A stretch of DNA of 64,000 nucleotides from Callorhinchus milii (taxonomy: Eukaryota). The stretch lies in assembly GCF_018977255.1 (NCBI RefSeq), contig NW_024704743.1, positions 39,682,001-39,746,000 of the forward strand, read 5' to 3'. Shown in pieces: positions 27,321 to 39,231 of this stretch. Positions within the stretch are counted from its first letter, which is position 1. Each line of letters begins with the position of its first letter. The notes under the pieces are model-generated. The model was given only the letters and a program-made list of their open reading frames with translations, did not search any database and was not told the DNA's origin. A program made the translations under genes and the position numbers.

Positions 27321-28584
27321 CCCCGAAGCCAGTGATAATTGTTTACTGCTGACTGCATTTTTGGGTGATAATTAATAATAAAACATGACTGATAATAATT
27401 AACACTGGTCATAACAGCGCCAGTGTTATCACACACCACATTTGTCCCTTCCTGCGTTTTGAAATTAAAAAATGGAAAAGTCACAACCTAATTCCAGAGC
27501 TATAGAAACAAATGTGGCCCATGAGTCTTATCAAGCCTTTTCCTCCTATCTTTTTAGATCAATGGCATAGGTTTTAATCTTATGTGCCTTTGCCCGTATC
27601 CCTTAATAGCTCTATTATCCAAGTATCATATATCCATCTATCTTTTCAGGCTTGGTCAACAAACCCTTACTCTGAGGCTCCACTTACAAGACAAATTTAG
27701 TCCATTCCCTGGTAGTGGTTGCTGAACACACGTTTCACTGTATATTGCATATGGAGACTCTTGTACAGTGTTACATTGCACATTTCAAAATCCCAAGCTG
27801 TTGATTTCAATGAACCTTAGTCTGCTCATTTGCTCCACAGTTTGCTTCAACATTAAATCACCTTGTAAACATCTCACTGCATTCTGACTTCTTCCCTGAA
27901 TCTTTAAAAGTAGCTGAAATTAATACCGTACCTTATTAATTCAATCATGGGAAGTAATTCACTCAATAGAATTAGTTCAAGCTTGGTTCTAATTTCATTG
28001 CTCATCAGCTATCTCATCTGCCTTGCTTGAGTAAACATTTATCATGTTCCAAGGGTGGCTCCCATGCATTTATCCTCTATTTTTCTTTGGCATTAAATTG
28101 AGTTGAGTTCAATTAGTTATAATCTGATTGCTAACAGAGTGGGAAAGGTGATTGTAATTCATATGGATTTTAATATCCTACCAATTATGACTGTGTTCTC
28201 TATGGATATTCTTATTAGAAGTTTTCTGGTTTACGTTTTATTAGAGATCTTCCATCTTTCTGTATCCGGGCAAGAGTTCAGATATATAGTAAACTCTGAG
28301 ACGAATCTGATCTCAGGTATCTGGAGAAAACCAAAGACCCTCACTTGATTACTAAATGGCTTGGAAATAATCCTTTTATTTTGAAGGAAATTTAGCACTA
28401 AAATTCCTGGATATTTGGCATCTTAATTAATAATGTAAATAATGTAGCAGCAATAATGTAAATTATTTGTTGTAACTTATAGTTCATAGATAACACTCTG
28501 TAAATAATAATTTGCTCTAGATTAGTTATGAACTTCACATTTCAATAATCCCAAGAATTATTAAATGCACTTCTTCCTGTGCTA

Positions 28585-29170
28585 CAAATGCCTCTGAGTC
28601 AGATGTTTGCGAGTTGAAGGCCTGTGTCAGGTCTATGAACTCATAGTCTAGACCAGGGTTGTCAAACCTTTTGGCTGCTGAGGGCCAGAATGCCTTATTT
28701 GAGAAATGTCCGAGGGCCATAAAACAACACATTGGTGTTTCCTTTCCAGAAACTTAACATTTATGGGTTATGGAGGGAATGGGTGGGCCACATGAAATGG
28801 AGGAAGGCGGGAGCCAGTTGAATTTGGACTGCCAGTTGGACCACGCTGGTCTAGACTGACACACCATTACAATGCTGAGGTAAACCGCAGTCCTGGAGGA
28901 GTCATCCTTCAGATGAGAAATTAAACCAGACCTTATCCGCCTGTTAAGGTGCACGTTAAAATTTCCATGGCACTTCTCAAAAAGGGAAAGGAGGTTTTTC
29001 CCTGTGTCCTGGCCAACATTTCCCCAAAATAAAAAAAATGTATGGTTGCGGATAAATTGTCTGCCACATTCATCTATAAATACATAATCATTAACTTTAT
29101 AGTAAATCCTGTGAAGCTCTTGGAGACATCTCTACGATGTGATAAGATGCTACATAAAATTGAAGGATTT
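28585..29170 (+). mobile_element. DeuSINE (family B) interrupted by a hAT MITE
   Basis: Head 'gcctctgagtcaga' at 28590. The element resumes at 28857 ('tgacacacc...cttcagatgagaaattaaacc...ttccatggcacttctc...gtgtcctggccaacatttcccc'). Confidence 0.8.
28654..28848. mobile_element. Non-autonomous hAT (Charlie-type) DNA transposon / MITE, 195 bp
   Basis: Perfect 8-bp TSD GTCTAGAC at 28646-28653 and 28849-28856. Imperfect terminal inverted repeats (TIRs) cagggttgtcaaac / gttggaccacgctg (11 of 14 match). Confidence 0.9.
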
Positions 29171-29645
29171 TTTAAATAAATATTAAAAAACATTTATTGT
29201 TCCTCTCTCTCAATTTTACAACTGAGCAGACTGAAGGTTCAGTCTTTGTTTTTTGCAGCTCCTGGTTGTTCTCAAGGAAAATGTGTAATTTGACTATTTA
29301 TTCAATGATACAAGCTGCTTTACAAAAATAATGATAAATGTGCTTAATAGTATCTGTATGGGAATGACAAATGCCAAAACTGGGAAATTGGTGAGGGGTT
29401 TGGATTATTTTTGACTCACTTCTTCTATAGAAGTAAATTGTAGGCAGATGTCAGATACAAAAGGAAGTATTACTTGCTCCTCATTGACAACTTTCTATCT
29501 GATATTTATGCTAAAGGAACCAATTGCTCAATCAAGCTAATTTTGAACCAGTGTAAGAAAAAATAAGAACATGCATTTTCGTAGCACCTCATCTTGTTGA
29601 GATGTTCCAAAGCTCTTTACGATAATCATTGTCAACTATAGTAAC

Positions 29646-30282
29646 TGATTTGGAACCAACTCTGTGTTTTGACTGTGTTTTCAACTGGTTATAAGATCCT
29701 TCTGTGCTAAAGTTAAAACATTGGGTCAAAAGGAGAAGTACAGTTGTAGGCTAATTTGTTGGTAGTTTTAGTTGCAGTTCTAGTTCAAGGTAATGTATGA
29801 GTCTTCACCAAAATAATATGAGACTATTAATTTGGGGATGAGTGAAAATGTGGTCCAGAAATCGGAATGTGATTCTTTCAATAAGAGCAGCACCAAAAAT
29901 TTTTTGATTCAGTAAGATAAGATATAGTTTTCTAATTCTCATAGATGGAACTGCCAACAACAACAAGATTACATTTTTACAGTGCCTTTCACGTCGGGAG
30001 GACGTCCCAAGGCGCTGGACAGTGTACAGCATTTTAGACCTGAGATGGAGTCGGGGGGGAGAAGGGAGGGGAGGGGAATGGGGGTGGCCGAAGGATAATT
30101 GGTCAAAAAGGATGGCATGGTCAAAAAGGAGGGTCTTGAGGCAGGACTTGAAAGAGGCTAAGGAGGGGGCGAGGCGGAGTGATCACCATAAAAGACTAAC
30201 TATTGTAGGAGATTTATGAACTACCTTCTCTTCATCATTGAATTGACATTCAAATAAATATTCATCATAAAATCAATTTAAA
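29646..30282 (+). repeat. Local duplication, copy 2 (order B-A), carrying an L2 insertion
   Basis: B' spans 29646-30223 (with an L2 at 29960-30182) and is joined directly to A' at 30222-30282. Confidence 0.92.
29960..30182 (-). mobile_element. 5'-truncated L2 3' end inserted in duplicate copy 2
   Basis: L2 tail 'gcctttcacgtcgggaggacgtcccaaggcgct'. Absent from the paralogous site at 26250/26251. Confidence 0.92.
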
Positions 30283-30467
30283 TTTTTTTTTCTCTCTGGT
30301 CTGTTGACCAAAAAGCACTTAATGTGACTACTTCATGCGGGGTAGCTCTTGAACGTATGTATGATTGTATGAATCTTTCATCTTCCAGTGGTATTTGTGC
30401 CAGAAGCAGAAGATGAAGCTTTGGAAGCTATAAGGAATTGAAAGGGGGGGTCTCACAGAGGTGTACA

Positions 30468-30580
30468 ATAATAATAATCCTTCCATTTGATATAGCGCTT
30501 TTCACGTCTTCTAGATGTCTCAAAGCACTTCACAGAATATACTGTAAAGTGAATTGACTGCATATTTGTGGACAAAACAT
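30468..30580 (-). mobile_element. SINE 3' tail fragment
   Basis: 'aataataatccttccatttgatatagcgcttttcacgtcttctagatgtctcaaag'. Confidence 0.8.
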
Positions 30581-31451
30581 TTTAAATGGGATTTAAAAAG
30601 TAAGCCCTTCAGGCAAATACTCGCAAGTTTATTGAGATCCTAGAACAAGGTGATAGGTTAAGAGTTGCAAAGGGCAATTTCATAGGAGATACCAGGATGT
30701 TTTTCTTTACCCAGTAATTAATGACTGGTATAGCTTGCTAGGAAAGATGGCTGAGGCCAGGGCACTGGACTGATTTAGGAAAATTAATGCTGTGATTGGA
30801 GGACAATACGGTGGATATTCTGGAATGAGATTAAGTTGGCTTTATAGACCTCTTCATTCCCAACCAGTATATAACTGAGCAAAAAAGTTTGTAACAGTAC
30901 ATTTTTATTGCACTTTTGATATTGATTCAGAATGAATCTCAGCCGCAATTAGTTACATTTTACAATTTGATATTTTTTAAAAAAAATGTTCTTAAAGTGC
31001 TTATCGCACATACCAGCTCTTTAGTAACTCCTAAAAGCAATTTAGAAGTGGACAAAAAATTTCCAAATTAAGACTGAATTTAAGAGTTTTCCCCAATCGT
31101 GATCTCAAAATTTAAGACAAATTGGTTTAATAGAGTAAGGCTGGGTGAAATATGAAGCCTGAGCATAAATTCACATCAACAGAATAAAGCCTGACAATTG
31201 CAATCCTTTAGATTTGCTGTAAATCAACTGTGTGCCTGACACCCAAGAAACTCACCACCATGCTTAAGAGTCTCCAAAACAATGTTGTAGTTCATTGCTA
31301 TGCACAAATTGGCTGCCACATTTGAATGGAAATTCACGTCACTACAGTTTACAATAATTCCTGTGAAGTGCTTTGAGGTTTCATGACAATGTGATGAGTT
31401 GCAAAATCAAATTACAAGTATTATTATTCACATTAATTCCTTGTGAGAAAA

Positions 31452-31550
31452 GAATCATAGAATTATACAGCACAGAAGGAGGCCATTTGCCCCATCATGT
31501 CTGTGCCAGCTCTTTGAAAAGAGCTATCCAAATCAATCCCACTCCCTCAC
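31452..31550 (-). mobile_element. CR1 3' terminus
   Basis: 'gaatcatagaattatacagcacagaaggaggccatt', homologous to 5581-5660. Confidence 0.8.
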
Positions 31551-32589
31551 TATAGAAGATTGAAAAACATGTGCTCTGATCATACTCCTTCTCAGATTAT
31601 CTAATTAGCACACTAATCTTTGCACAAAGCAATGGTTATCTTCAGGTCGATGAATTGTCATTCCTTTAGTAATTTCCTTGAAGCTGAAGGAACAATTTGT
31701 GCCTTAAAAGGGACTTGTGCTCAATTAGATGATTTTGTGCGTGATTTTTGTGGACTGAAGAAAAAGTACAACCTCAAATTTCCAGAGCATTAACTGAGCA
31801 TTTAAATACCTGAAAGCATGATAGTAACGTTTAGATTGATTTGTTATTGGAAAGTTATACTTTTTAGTCAGTCTGTGCGCATACATCTGTGCATTGCTCT
31901 GTACTCCTTTCTCTCTCTTTGCCCTCAGTATCCATGCTATTTTATGGCTGACAAGCAGAGTTAGACAGAATAAATACTGATGAAGAAGTATATTGTACAG
32001 ATCATCTGTCTATTACACTGACATTGAAAGGCATTTCAGATCGGATATTTATTTATTTGTTGTTGGTTTAAAAGAAAGTGGATCTGCAATGAGCTCCCTG
32101 CATATTCTGGTAAACGGAATAACTGTATTACAATAATCAGTAAGGTATGGCAAATTAATTTACAGGCACGGATGAATCTTTCTGCCTGACTTAAAGGATT
32201 ACTATTCCTTTCCTCGTATACTGAGTTTTAAATTAAAAATAACAGCAGCAGATGGCATGGTGAAAAGAAACAATTTTCAGTATCTATCTGCTGTTGCTTG
32301 CACTATCTCAACTTCCAGCTGGTCTTCCATTCCTTTGTAATATAACACTCGCACGGTATAAACTAATGGGTAGACTGAAATCTCGAATGCTGTAGCACAC
32401 TATCGGGCAAAGAAGTGTTTTCACAAAATAATTTCTACTAAATATGTTTTGTTTGCGCTAAACGTGTTTTGCTTACACTAAATTGTTCAAGTGTTATATA
32501 GGTGGCAGTGATACATTTTGCCAAGGTGCTGTTCATTCTCTAACACAACTCCTTCAATAATCATGGATGACATGATGCGTTTGACAGAA

Positions 32590-33166
32590 TGATCCCTCGT
32601 GCTTGCGGTTGTCACCTCGCGCCTGGATTACTCAAACGCATTCCTCGTGGGTCTCCCCAGCTCCACTATTTAAAAGATCCAGCTCAGTCAGAACTCTGGT
32701 GCCCACAGTACTTACTCAGACCAAACTCTGTACCCACCTCACCAGTTCTGGCCAGGCTCCACTGGCTCCCCATCACCGAATGGATTGACTTCAAGATCCT
32801 CACACTTGTATGCTTCACTCTCTGGCACCTCCCTACCTCTCCGACCTCTTACTCCCCAATCCACCACCCGGTGCCTCCGCTCCACTGGCATCGGCCTCCT
32901 TCTCGTCCCTCGCACCCTCAACCCCACTCTTGGAGGTTGTGCTTTCAGCCACTATGCCTCAAAAGTCTGGAACACTCTCCCTCAAACCGTCCGCCTTGCC
33001 TCCTCTCTCCCCTTTTTTCAAGTCCTGCCCGAAAACCATCCTCTCCGACCGTGCTTATGGCCACCTAACCCCCACCGGGTCGGAGTCAGGCTCCGCCACT
33101 GTTAAGCGCTCTGAGACGCTACCCTGGGTGGAGGGCGCTATATAAGTGCAAATTGTTATTGTTGTT
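32590..33166 (+). mobile_element. L2 LINE 3' fragment, second tail type
   Basis: SRLDYSNA-like segment, LARLHWLPI..IDFKILTL and GGCAFS..A.KVWN.LP. Tail 'agcgctctgagacgctaccctgggtggagggcgct' plus ttg. Confidence 0.9.
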
Positions 33167-35786
33167 AACAGTCACTATGTCTCCAATTGATCTCTATTCC
33201 TTTGTTTCTCTTCTTTCTTCTGTTATTTTTCATTTTTTTAATCCTTGCCCCTCTACTTATCCTTCATAGAACATTTTTCTTCCCACTTTCATTCAATTTC
33301 CTGAAGTGAACATAGTCGTCAATAACCACATATAGAGTTTACAAGGTGAATCTATGATGGAGGCCGGACTATTGATATCACTCAACAAATTATTCCACTC
33401 AATATAGGCTATTTGCAAAATCCATGATTTCACAAGAAAAAGAAAATGCACACATTCAAGATACCAGTCTTAGGGGTATGTGTTAGTTTGGGTTTGTGTG
33501 TGTGTTTCAACAATAATAATGAAATAGCTTTTTATGTAAAAGAATCGCATGGAAGGGATATTTCCTGCACAAATGATAAGGCTAAAATGCTTTTCCTAGA
33601 GCATTCCCATAACTTTACAGGAGCACACAGTAAGCACATAACAACAACAGCAGCAACAACTTGTATTTATATAATACCTTTCCCCCAGTTTCTTGGAGCA
33701 GTTAACAGTGGCAGAGTCTAAAGTATATAAGTGTGCGATCATCCACACTAATGAAACATGAAGCGCTTTTTCATATAAGAGAAGCAGTTTTCTAAGGAAG
33801 CGAACACAACAATTTTTCCAATGCTCTTCAAATATTTATTTTTAACATTATTTTATTTCAATGGTAATTAAAAACGTACAATAAATATGCATATATCAAG
33901 GTATACTTAGCATGAGTTTTACTACTGCATTATTACAGTCATTTGTGGAGCGGTGCAGAAGACTTTCAGTCCCTTATTACTACGGTTTTCATCCTGAAAT
34001 TATATTATTTTAGATCACATCACAAGTCAGGGACTTAAAAAATTTTTGGTGACGCATGAGTTATCAATCTTTGAACAGGATCATGTATTTCCACATTCCA
34101 CTAACTTGATATAATATGATATTCACTGACACAAGGATATTAGTCCTAAGGAAATTATCCTAACCTGCTTAATTTTCTTTTTTGTTTGCTCTTCACGTCA
34201 TGTGATTCCCTTATCTCAAAAGTTCATCATCTGGTCTGTTTGGATGAAGAAGGCCTTTAACCCCATCTTGTCTCATCCTTCCAAAATCATCTTTCCATTG
34301 CAGTAGTTTTTTAAAATATATCCAGTGTCCTGGCTCTAACCACCCTTCCTGCAACTTGTTTCAGTTGTTAATTACCCTCTGGGAAAGACACATTTCCTCA
34401 TGTCTCTTGTACGTTTTCCTCCTGTTCTACTGACTTGGTTCATTCTACATTATTATCCATTTCAAAATTAATTAGGGAATAATCTATAATTGCCAATAAT
34501 CATAGAACAGTAATCTGAACAGCCATCATCTGAAACATAAGATTGCAATTTTGTCACTTTCAGGTGTTTTAATTTTACATGTGTTTGTGGACTATTTCCT
34601 AGGCTGCTGCAATTATTTAAGATTCCATTGGCTGCACCATATCCTTCTCATTGATTATTATCTTCTTACAAAACGGATGATTATCATATTGTCATTACTT
34701 CAGTTCTCTGTCACTCAAAACCCAAACAGTGGGAGATTGACAGTACCACATCGTATCAGGAAATGGGTCATCTCCCTAAGACTCGGCAGATTATTTACAG
34801 GTCAATATGTTGGAGCACCCAAGGTTAAAATAAAAATAATAGACAGTTGAGAGAAAATAGGAAAGAATGAAGATGAATACAATTTTCATGCATTCTACTT
34901 TACTTTAAAACTGTAGAAGGTTATTGCTTTGGATAGTTGGTTAATATTACAGTATTAATGCTGTCCTAATGTTAGCGTGGCTTTATTCACAGATTGTTTT
35001 TTATTCACGGACATCAGCCAGTCTGAGGTTAAACTGTGTCAAGGTAACATCTAATGTGGAATGGATTGGGTCACCAAATAACCCATTTGCTGACTCATTA
35101 AGTAGAAAAAAGAAAACAATTCTGAAGAGCTCTTCTGACAACTGCTTATGTTCATGCTTGGCTGGCTCTGCTCAAACTGTGCATTAACTAGACTTTCCTT
35201 TCTCTCCATTCTTCTGTTCATTTGTGACAACTGTAGCGTGTCTTGCATTCAGAGCGACTGCAGAATGGTTAGAAAACTTTGCCCAGCATGAGGTATCTGA
35301 GTTTTTTTCTATGAGAATAAATTTGTGATAATTCTTAACAGATTTCATTACCGCTTTGGATCTTGTTATAAAATTTTGCAAATTATAAAATCTCCAGCAA
35401 AAGGGTAAATTGCTGTATGAAAATCAAATACTTGACTAAGCAATGGATATTTACTTCAGGTTTATCCTGAAGAAATACCTCTGCAACCAAAGGTTTCAGG
35501 TTTCTTGTTGCTTACAAATAACATTTAATTTCACAGGTCCATTCATCACAACAGGTGCTTTGCAGGAATTCAATCTCTCATTGGAAAAGCTCACCAGAGG
35601 GATATCTGTATCTCATGAGATTGTTTTTTTTGTTATAGTTGATTGACTCTGAATGGAGTGCCACTTAATCAGAGAAGATGTTTTTCCCTACCTGGAATTG
35701 CTGTCTATTACTAATCTGGAGTTCCATGTGCACTTAAAAGTCTTCTTCTATTATCAATGCTAAGCATAGCACTTTGCTTATCTTCA

Positions 35787-36835
35787 TCAACAACAACAAA
35801 ATTACACTTGTATAGCGCCTTTCGTGTCAGGAGGATATCCCAAGGTGCTGGACGGTCAGAGTTTCGGACCCGAGCTGGGGGTCGGGATTGGGGAGGGTGG
35901 AGGGCAGTGGGGGAAGCAGGGAGATCAAAAGCAAGGTCAAAGGAAACAATAATAAATTGGTCATTTTCAATCTACGACTGTTTGTGGGACATTGCTGTGC
36001 GCAATTGGCTGCCGCGTTCGCCCACAAATATATAGTCAATTCACTTTACAGTGTGTTCTGTGAAGGGCTTTGGGAAGTCCTCCCGACGTGAAAAGTGCTA
36101 TATCAAATGCAAGGATTATTATTATTATTATATTATTATGGTCTTGAGACAGGTCTTGAAGGAGGCAAGGGAAGGGGCAAGGCTGAGGGACTGCGGGATG
36201 AAGTTCCAGAGAGTGGGGACAGAGTGGCTGAAGGCCTGCCCATCAACAGTGGGGCAAGCGAGGTGGGGTATGTGAAGCAGGTTGGAGCCCACTGATTGGA
36301 GGGAGCGGGCAGGATGGTAGGGGGTTAGAAAGTCACAGAGGGAGGGGAGAGCAAGACCACAGAGAGCTTTGAAGGTGATGACCAGGATCTTGAACTGTAT
36401 CCTCTGTGGGATGGGAAGCCAGTGGAGTTGGGCGAGGATGGGGGTGATAGGGTCATGGAGCCTGGTACGGGAAAGGACATGGCTGCAGAATTCTGGATGA
36501 TATGCAACCTTTGGAGGGAGGAGTTGGGAGGCTGACAAGCAATGAGTTTGATGTAAAATATTGATGTAATAAAAGTGTGTATGAGGGTTTCAGTGGCCTA
36601 TTGTGTAAGACAGTGGCGGAACCGGGCAATGTGGCGAAGGTGGGGGAAGGCAGAGTGGGTCATGGTGCAGATGTGGGGTAAAAAGGATAGTTGAAGGTTA
36701 AACAAGACTCCAAGGTTCCCGACTGGCTCAGTAAGGTGGAGTGTGCATCCATGGATGGTGATGCTGTCAGCGCCTGAGGTGAGGAGGCGCTGACGGGAGC
36801 CAGTCAGGAGAGCCAGATCATTTACAAGACCTGAC
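35787..36835 (-). mobile_element. L2 LINE 3' fragment interrupted by a SINE
   Basis: NLGVLFN.QLSF, ITPILAQLHWLPI.QRIQFKILV, AFS..PTLWN. The L2 tail lies at 35787-35850. Confidence 0.92.
35944..36137 (+). mobile_element. 5'-truncated young SINE family A nested antisense in the L2
   Basis: Nearly identical to the 3' half of the 16068-16387 copy. Confidence 0.9.
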
Positions 36836-36984
36836 TTCATAGAGAAAGGCTGAAAGACTCATTAGCGTTGCACCACATGATTGAGTAACCGGCTGACACT
36901 CCCTACCGAGATTCACACAAGAATAATGGCACTAGCTGAGAGCCCTGGGAATCTGAGCGGAAAACGGAGCTGGTAGACCTATAC

Positions 36985-37110
36985 CCCACTCTGGGATCAG
37001 GGTTTGAATCCAAGCCAGGCTAACTGGATGCCAGTCTTTTTCATCTGCTGGTTGTGAAGCTTTATGTGAAATGAGTTCTGGGATTTAACAAAGGTTGGCA
37101 ATCTCACCCA
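36985..37110 (+). mobile_element. LF-SINE-like ancient SINE fragment
   Basis: 'gggtttgaatccaagccagg...catctgctggttgtg...tatgtgaaatgagtt' resembles the recalled LF-SINE 5' region (B box followed by 'cctatgtgaaatgagttgg'). Confidence 0.5.
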
Positions 37111-37334
37111 GAGTGCTCTTACCAGTTATTTTGGGAAATTTGGTACCTGGCATCGCATTTTCTCCCTATCATTTCTGAAAGAGCTTCATTTCTTCTTCCT
37201 TCTTGGAACTTAAGAACAAATTGAAAGCCCTATGCACCAGTTTATTGGATCATGGTGATGCTCTATTGTAACATCCCCAGACTCTTTAATACCCTTACTT
37301 TCGAAGCAAGCAAGCTACCTATTGTATCCATCTA

Positions 37335-37432
37335 TGTCTCTCACCTTGTCTCTCTCTATGCATCCCTCTCTCTCTATTTATCCCTCTCTCTCTCTATTTA
37401 TCTTTTTTTCTCTATGTCTGTCTATCAATCTC
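37335..37432. repeat. Degenerate (TC)n low-complexity tract
   Basis: Runs of tctctc interspersed with 'tat'. Confidence 0.8.
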
Positions 37433-38385
37433 ACTTTTAAACATCTTGGCTGCTTTTACATCTATAGCCTTAGGCACTGCAATCGACAGTTTCACATTTC
37501 TCTGTGGTGAAGAAATAGTTTTAATCTCTCTTCTAACCATCCTTACTCTAATAAAAGCTCATTAACTATCTTTTTTGTCAATTCCCTTTATTATTTTAAA
37601 CACTTTCAACTGTACGTGGTTCCTAGGTCACCAATTACCTTCATGAGTGAAATGATTGTAATTCTCAGCATGCTATTTGTTTCATTTTATTGAATAGAAC
37701 AGTTTCTTCCAATGAAAAAAAGTTCACAATATGAGACGTTGTTTTATAATTTCCACAAAACTTTTCAATTACTTGGAAAACTGCTGCTGGAAGTTGATTT
37801 TACTGGTTTTATTGAAATGCAGGTCCCCAGATAATAGAGGAGGAGAGATTATTTAAGATTGCATTAACAATTCAGCAAAAAGTAGTATATTGCTGTAACA
37901 ATAAAGATAAAGATAATTTACTCTTGTGAAATAAAAGGCAGTGTAAAAACCTTGTCTCTGATTTCAGAGCAGTGATGGTTGTTTTTAGCAGTGTGATGTG
38001 CGTGGAATATGAATTTACACTGCATGTGGGAGCTACCATCAAGATAACAACAGGCCAGAAGGTGCTCAGGGGTAAGTTTACAAGACATGATGGGGTGGGG
38101 AGTGGGATATGTAAGTGATAATTAGCACATGAAAAGAAATATGAGTAAAATACTCCTAAATTATCCTTAACAGCAGATTTGGGACTGAATCCCTCTGACT
38201 GAAGAGTTGTCCATTATCCAATTTGTCAATTCCTTTTATTGATTAAAATATCTCCATCAAATAACCCTTAAACTCCTCTGTTTTAAGGAATGCAACCCCA
38301 ATTACCTAACTTTTGTGTATATTTGCATTGATGAAAAGCTTCTGGACATTTTCTATCATTCAATGAATATATCCATTGAACCTGA

Positions 38386-38700
38386 AGGCATGTAGCTCAG
38401 TGGTTAGAGCACTCGCCTTACAAGCGAGAGACCTGGGTTCTATTCCCAGCAGGGCGAAACCTTGGGCAAGTTTCCTTACTCCATACACCTGATAATAACT
38501 CCTCAAGAAAAAAACAATAATAATTTGGTCACTCAATCCATGACCATTTGTGGGATACTGCTATGTCCAATTGACTGCTGCTTTTCGTCCACAAAGTATA
38601 CAGCCACTTCACTTTACAGTATATTCTGTGAAGCGTTTTTAGATGTCTAGAAGACGTGAAAAGTGCTAATCAAATGCAAGGATTATTATTGTTTATTATT
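38386..38700 (+). mobile_element. SINE family A, short form, intermediate age
   Basis: tRNA-like head, 'ttgggcaagtttccttactcc', and tail 'gtctagaagacgtgaaaagtgct'. Confidence 0.9.
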
Positions 38701-38994
38701 ATCCAGTATTTGTCACATAATACTAACAGCTACGTCGCTTTACAGTACATCATTTAAAGAGCTTTGAAACATATTGATGATGTGATAAGGTGCTATATCA
38801 AATGCAATATTATTATTATCCAACTATACCTACATATAAGGTTGAATTACAATTTATGCTGCATTAAATGATCACAGATAAGTCACAAATAATGGCTTCA
38901 CAATTGGCACTGAAAAACATCTGGGGCACCTGGAACTGTACCAGTACAAAAAATAACCATCAGGAAAAAGATTGAGTGAAAAAATATTTATTTG

Positions 38995-39225
38995 TGGAAT
39001 CCTGTAGCTTAGTGGTTAGAGCACTCGCCTCGCAAGTGAGAGGACCTGGGTTCGATTCCCAGGCAGTGTGAAAAGTTGGGCAAGTTTCCTCACTCCACAC
39101 CCCTCTATTTACTTAGCATTACAGTTGTTAGTTGAATGGGGGATCGCTTTTTCGGAGTAATCATCCCTTCAAAATGTACTTTTACAGTACATTCTGTGAA
39201 GCGTTTTGAGATGTCTCAAATGTGT
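38995..39225 (+). mobile_element. SINE family A, long form, internally deleted
   Basis: Head 'cctgtagcttagtggttagagcactcgcctcgcaag...gggttcgattccc' and the CORE-like block. Confidence 0.85.
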
Positions 39226-39231
39226 TATAAT

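Noticed and set aside
35051..35381. Overlapping minus-strand ORFs as a coding exon
   Set aside because: No continuous frame, no convincing splice pair and no recognisable domain.
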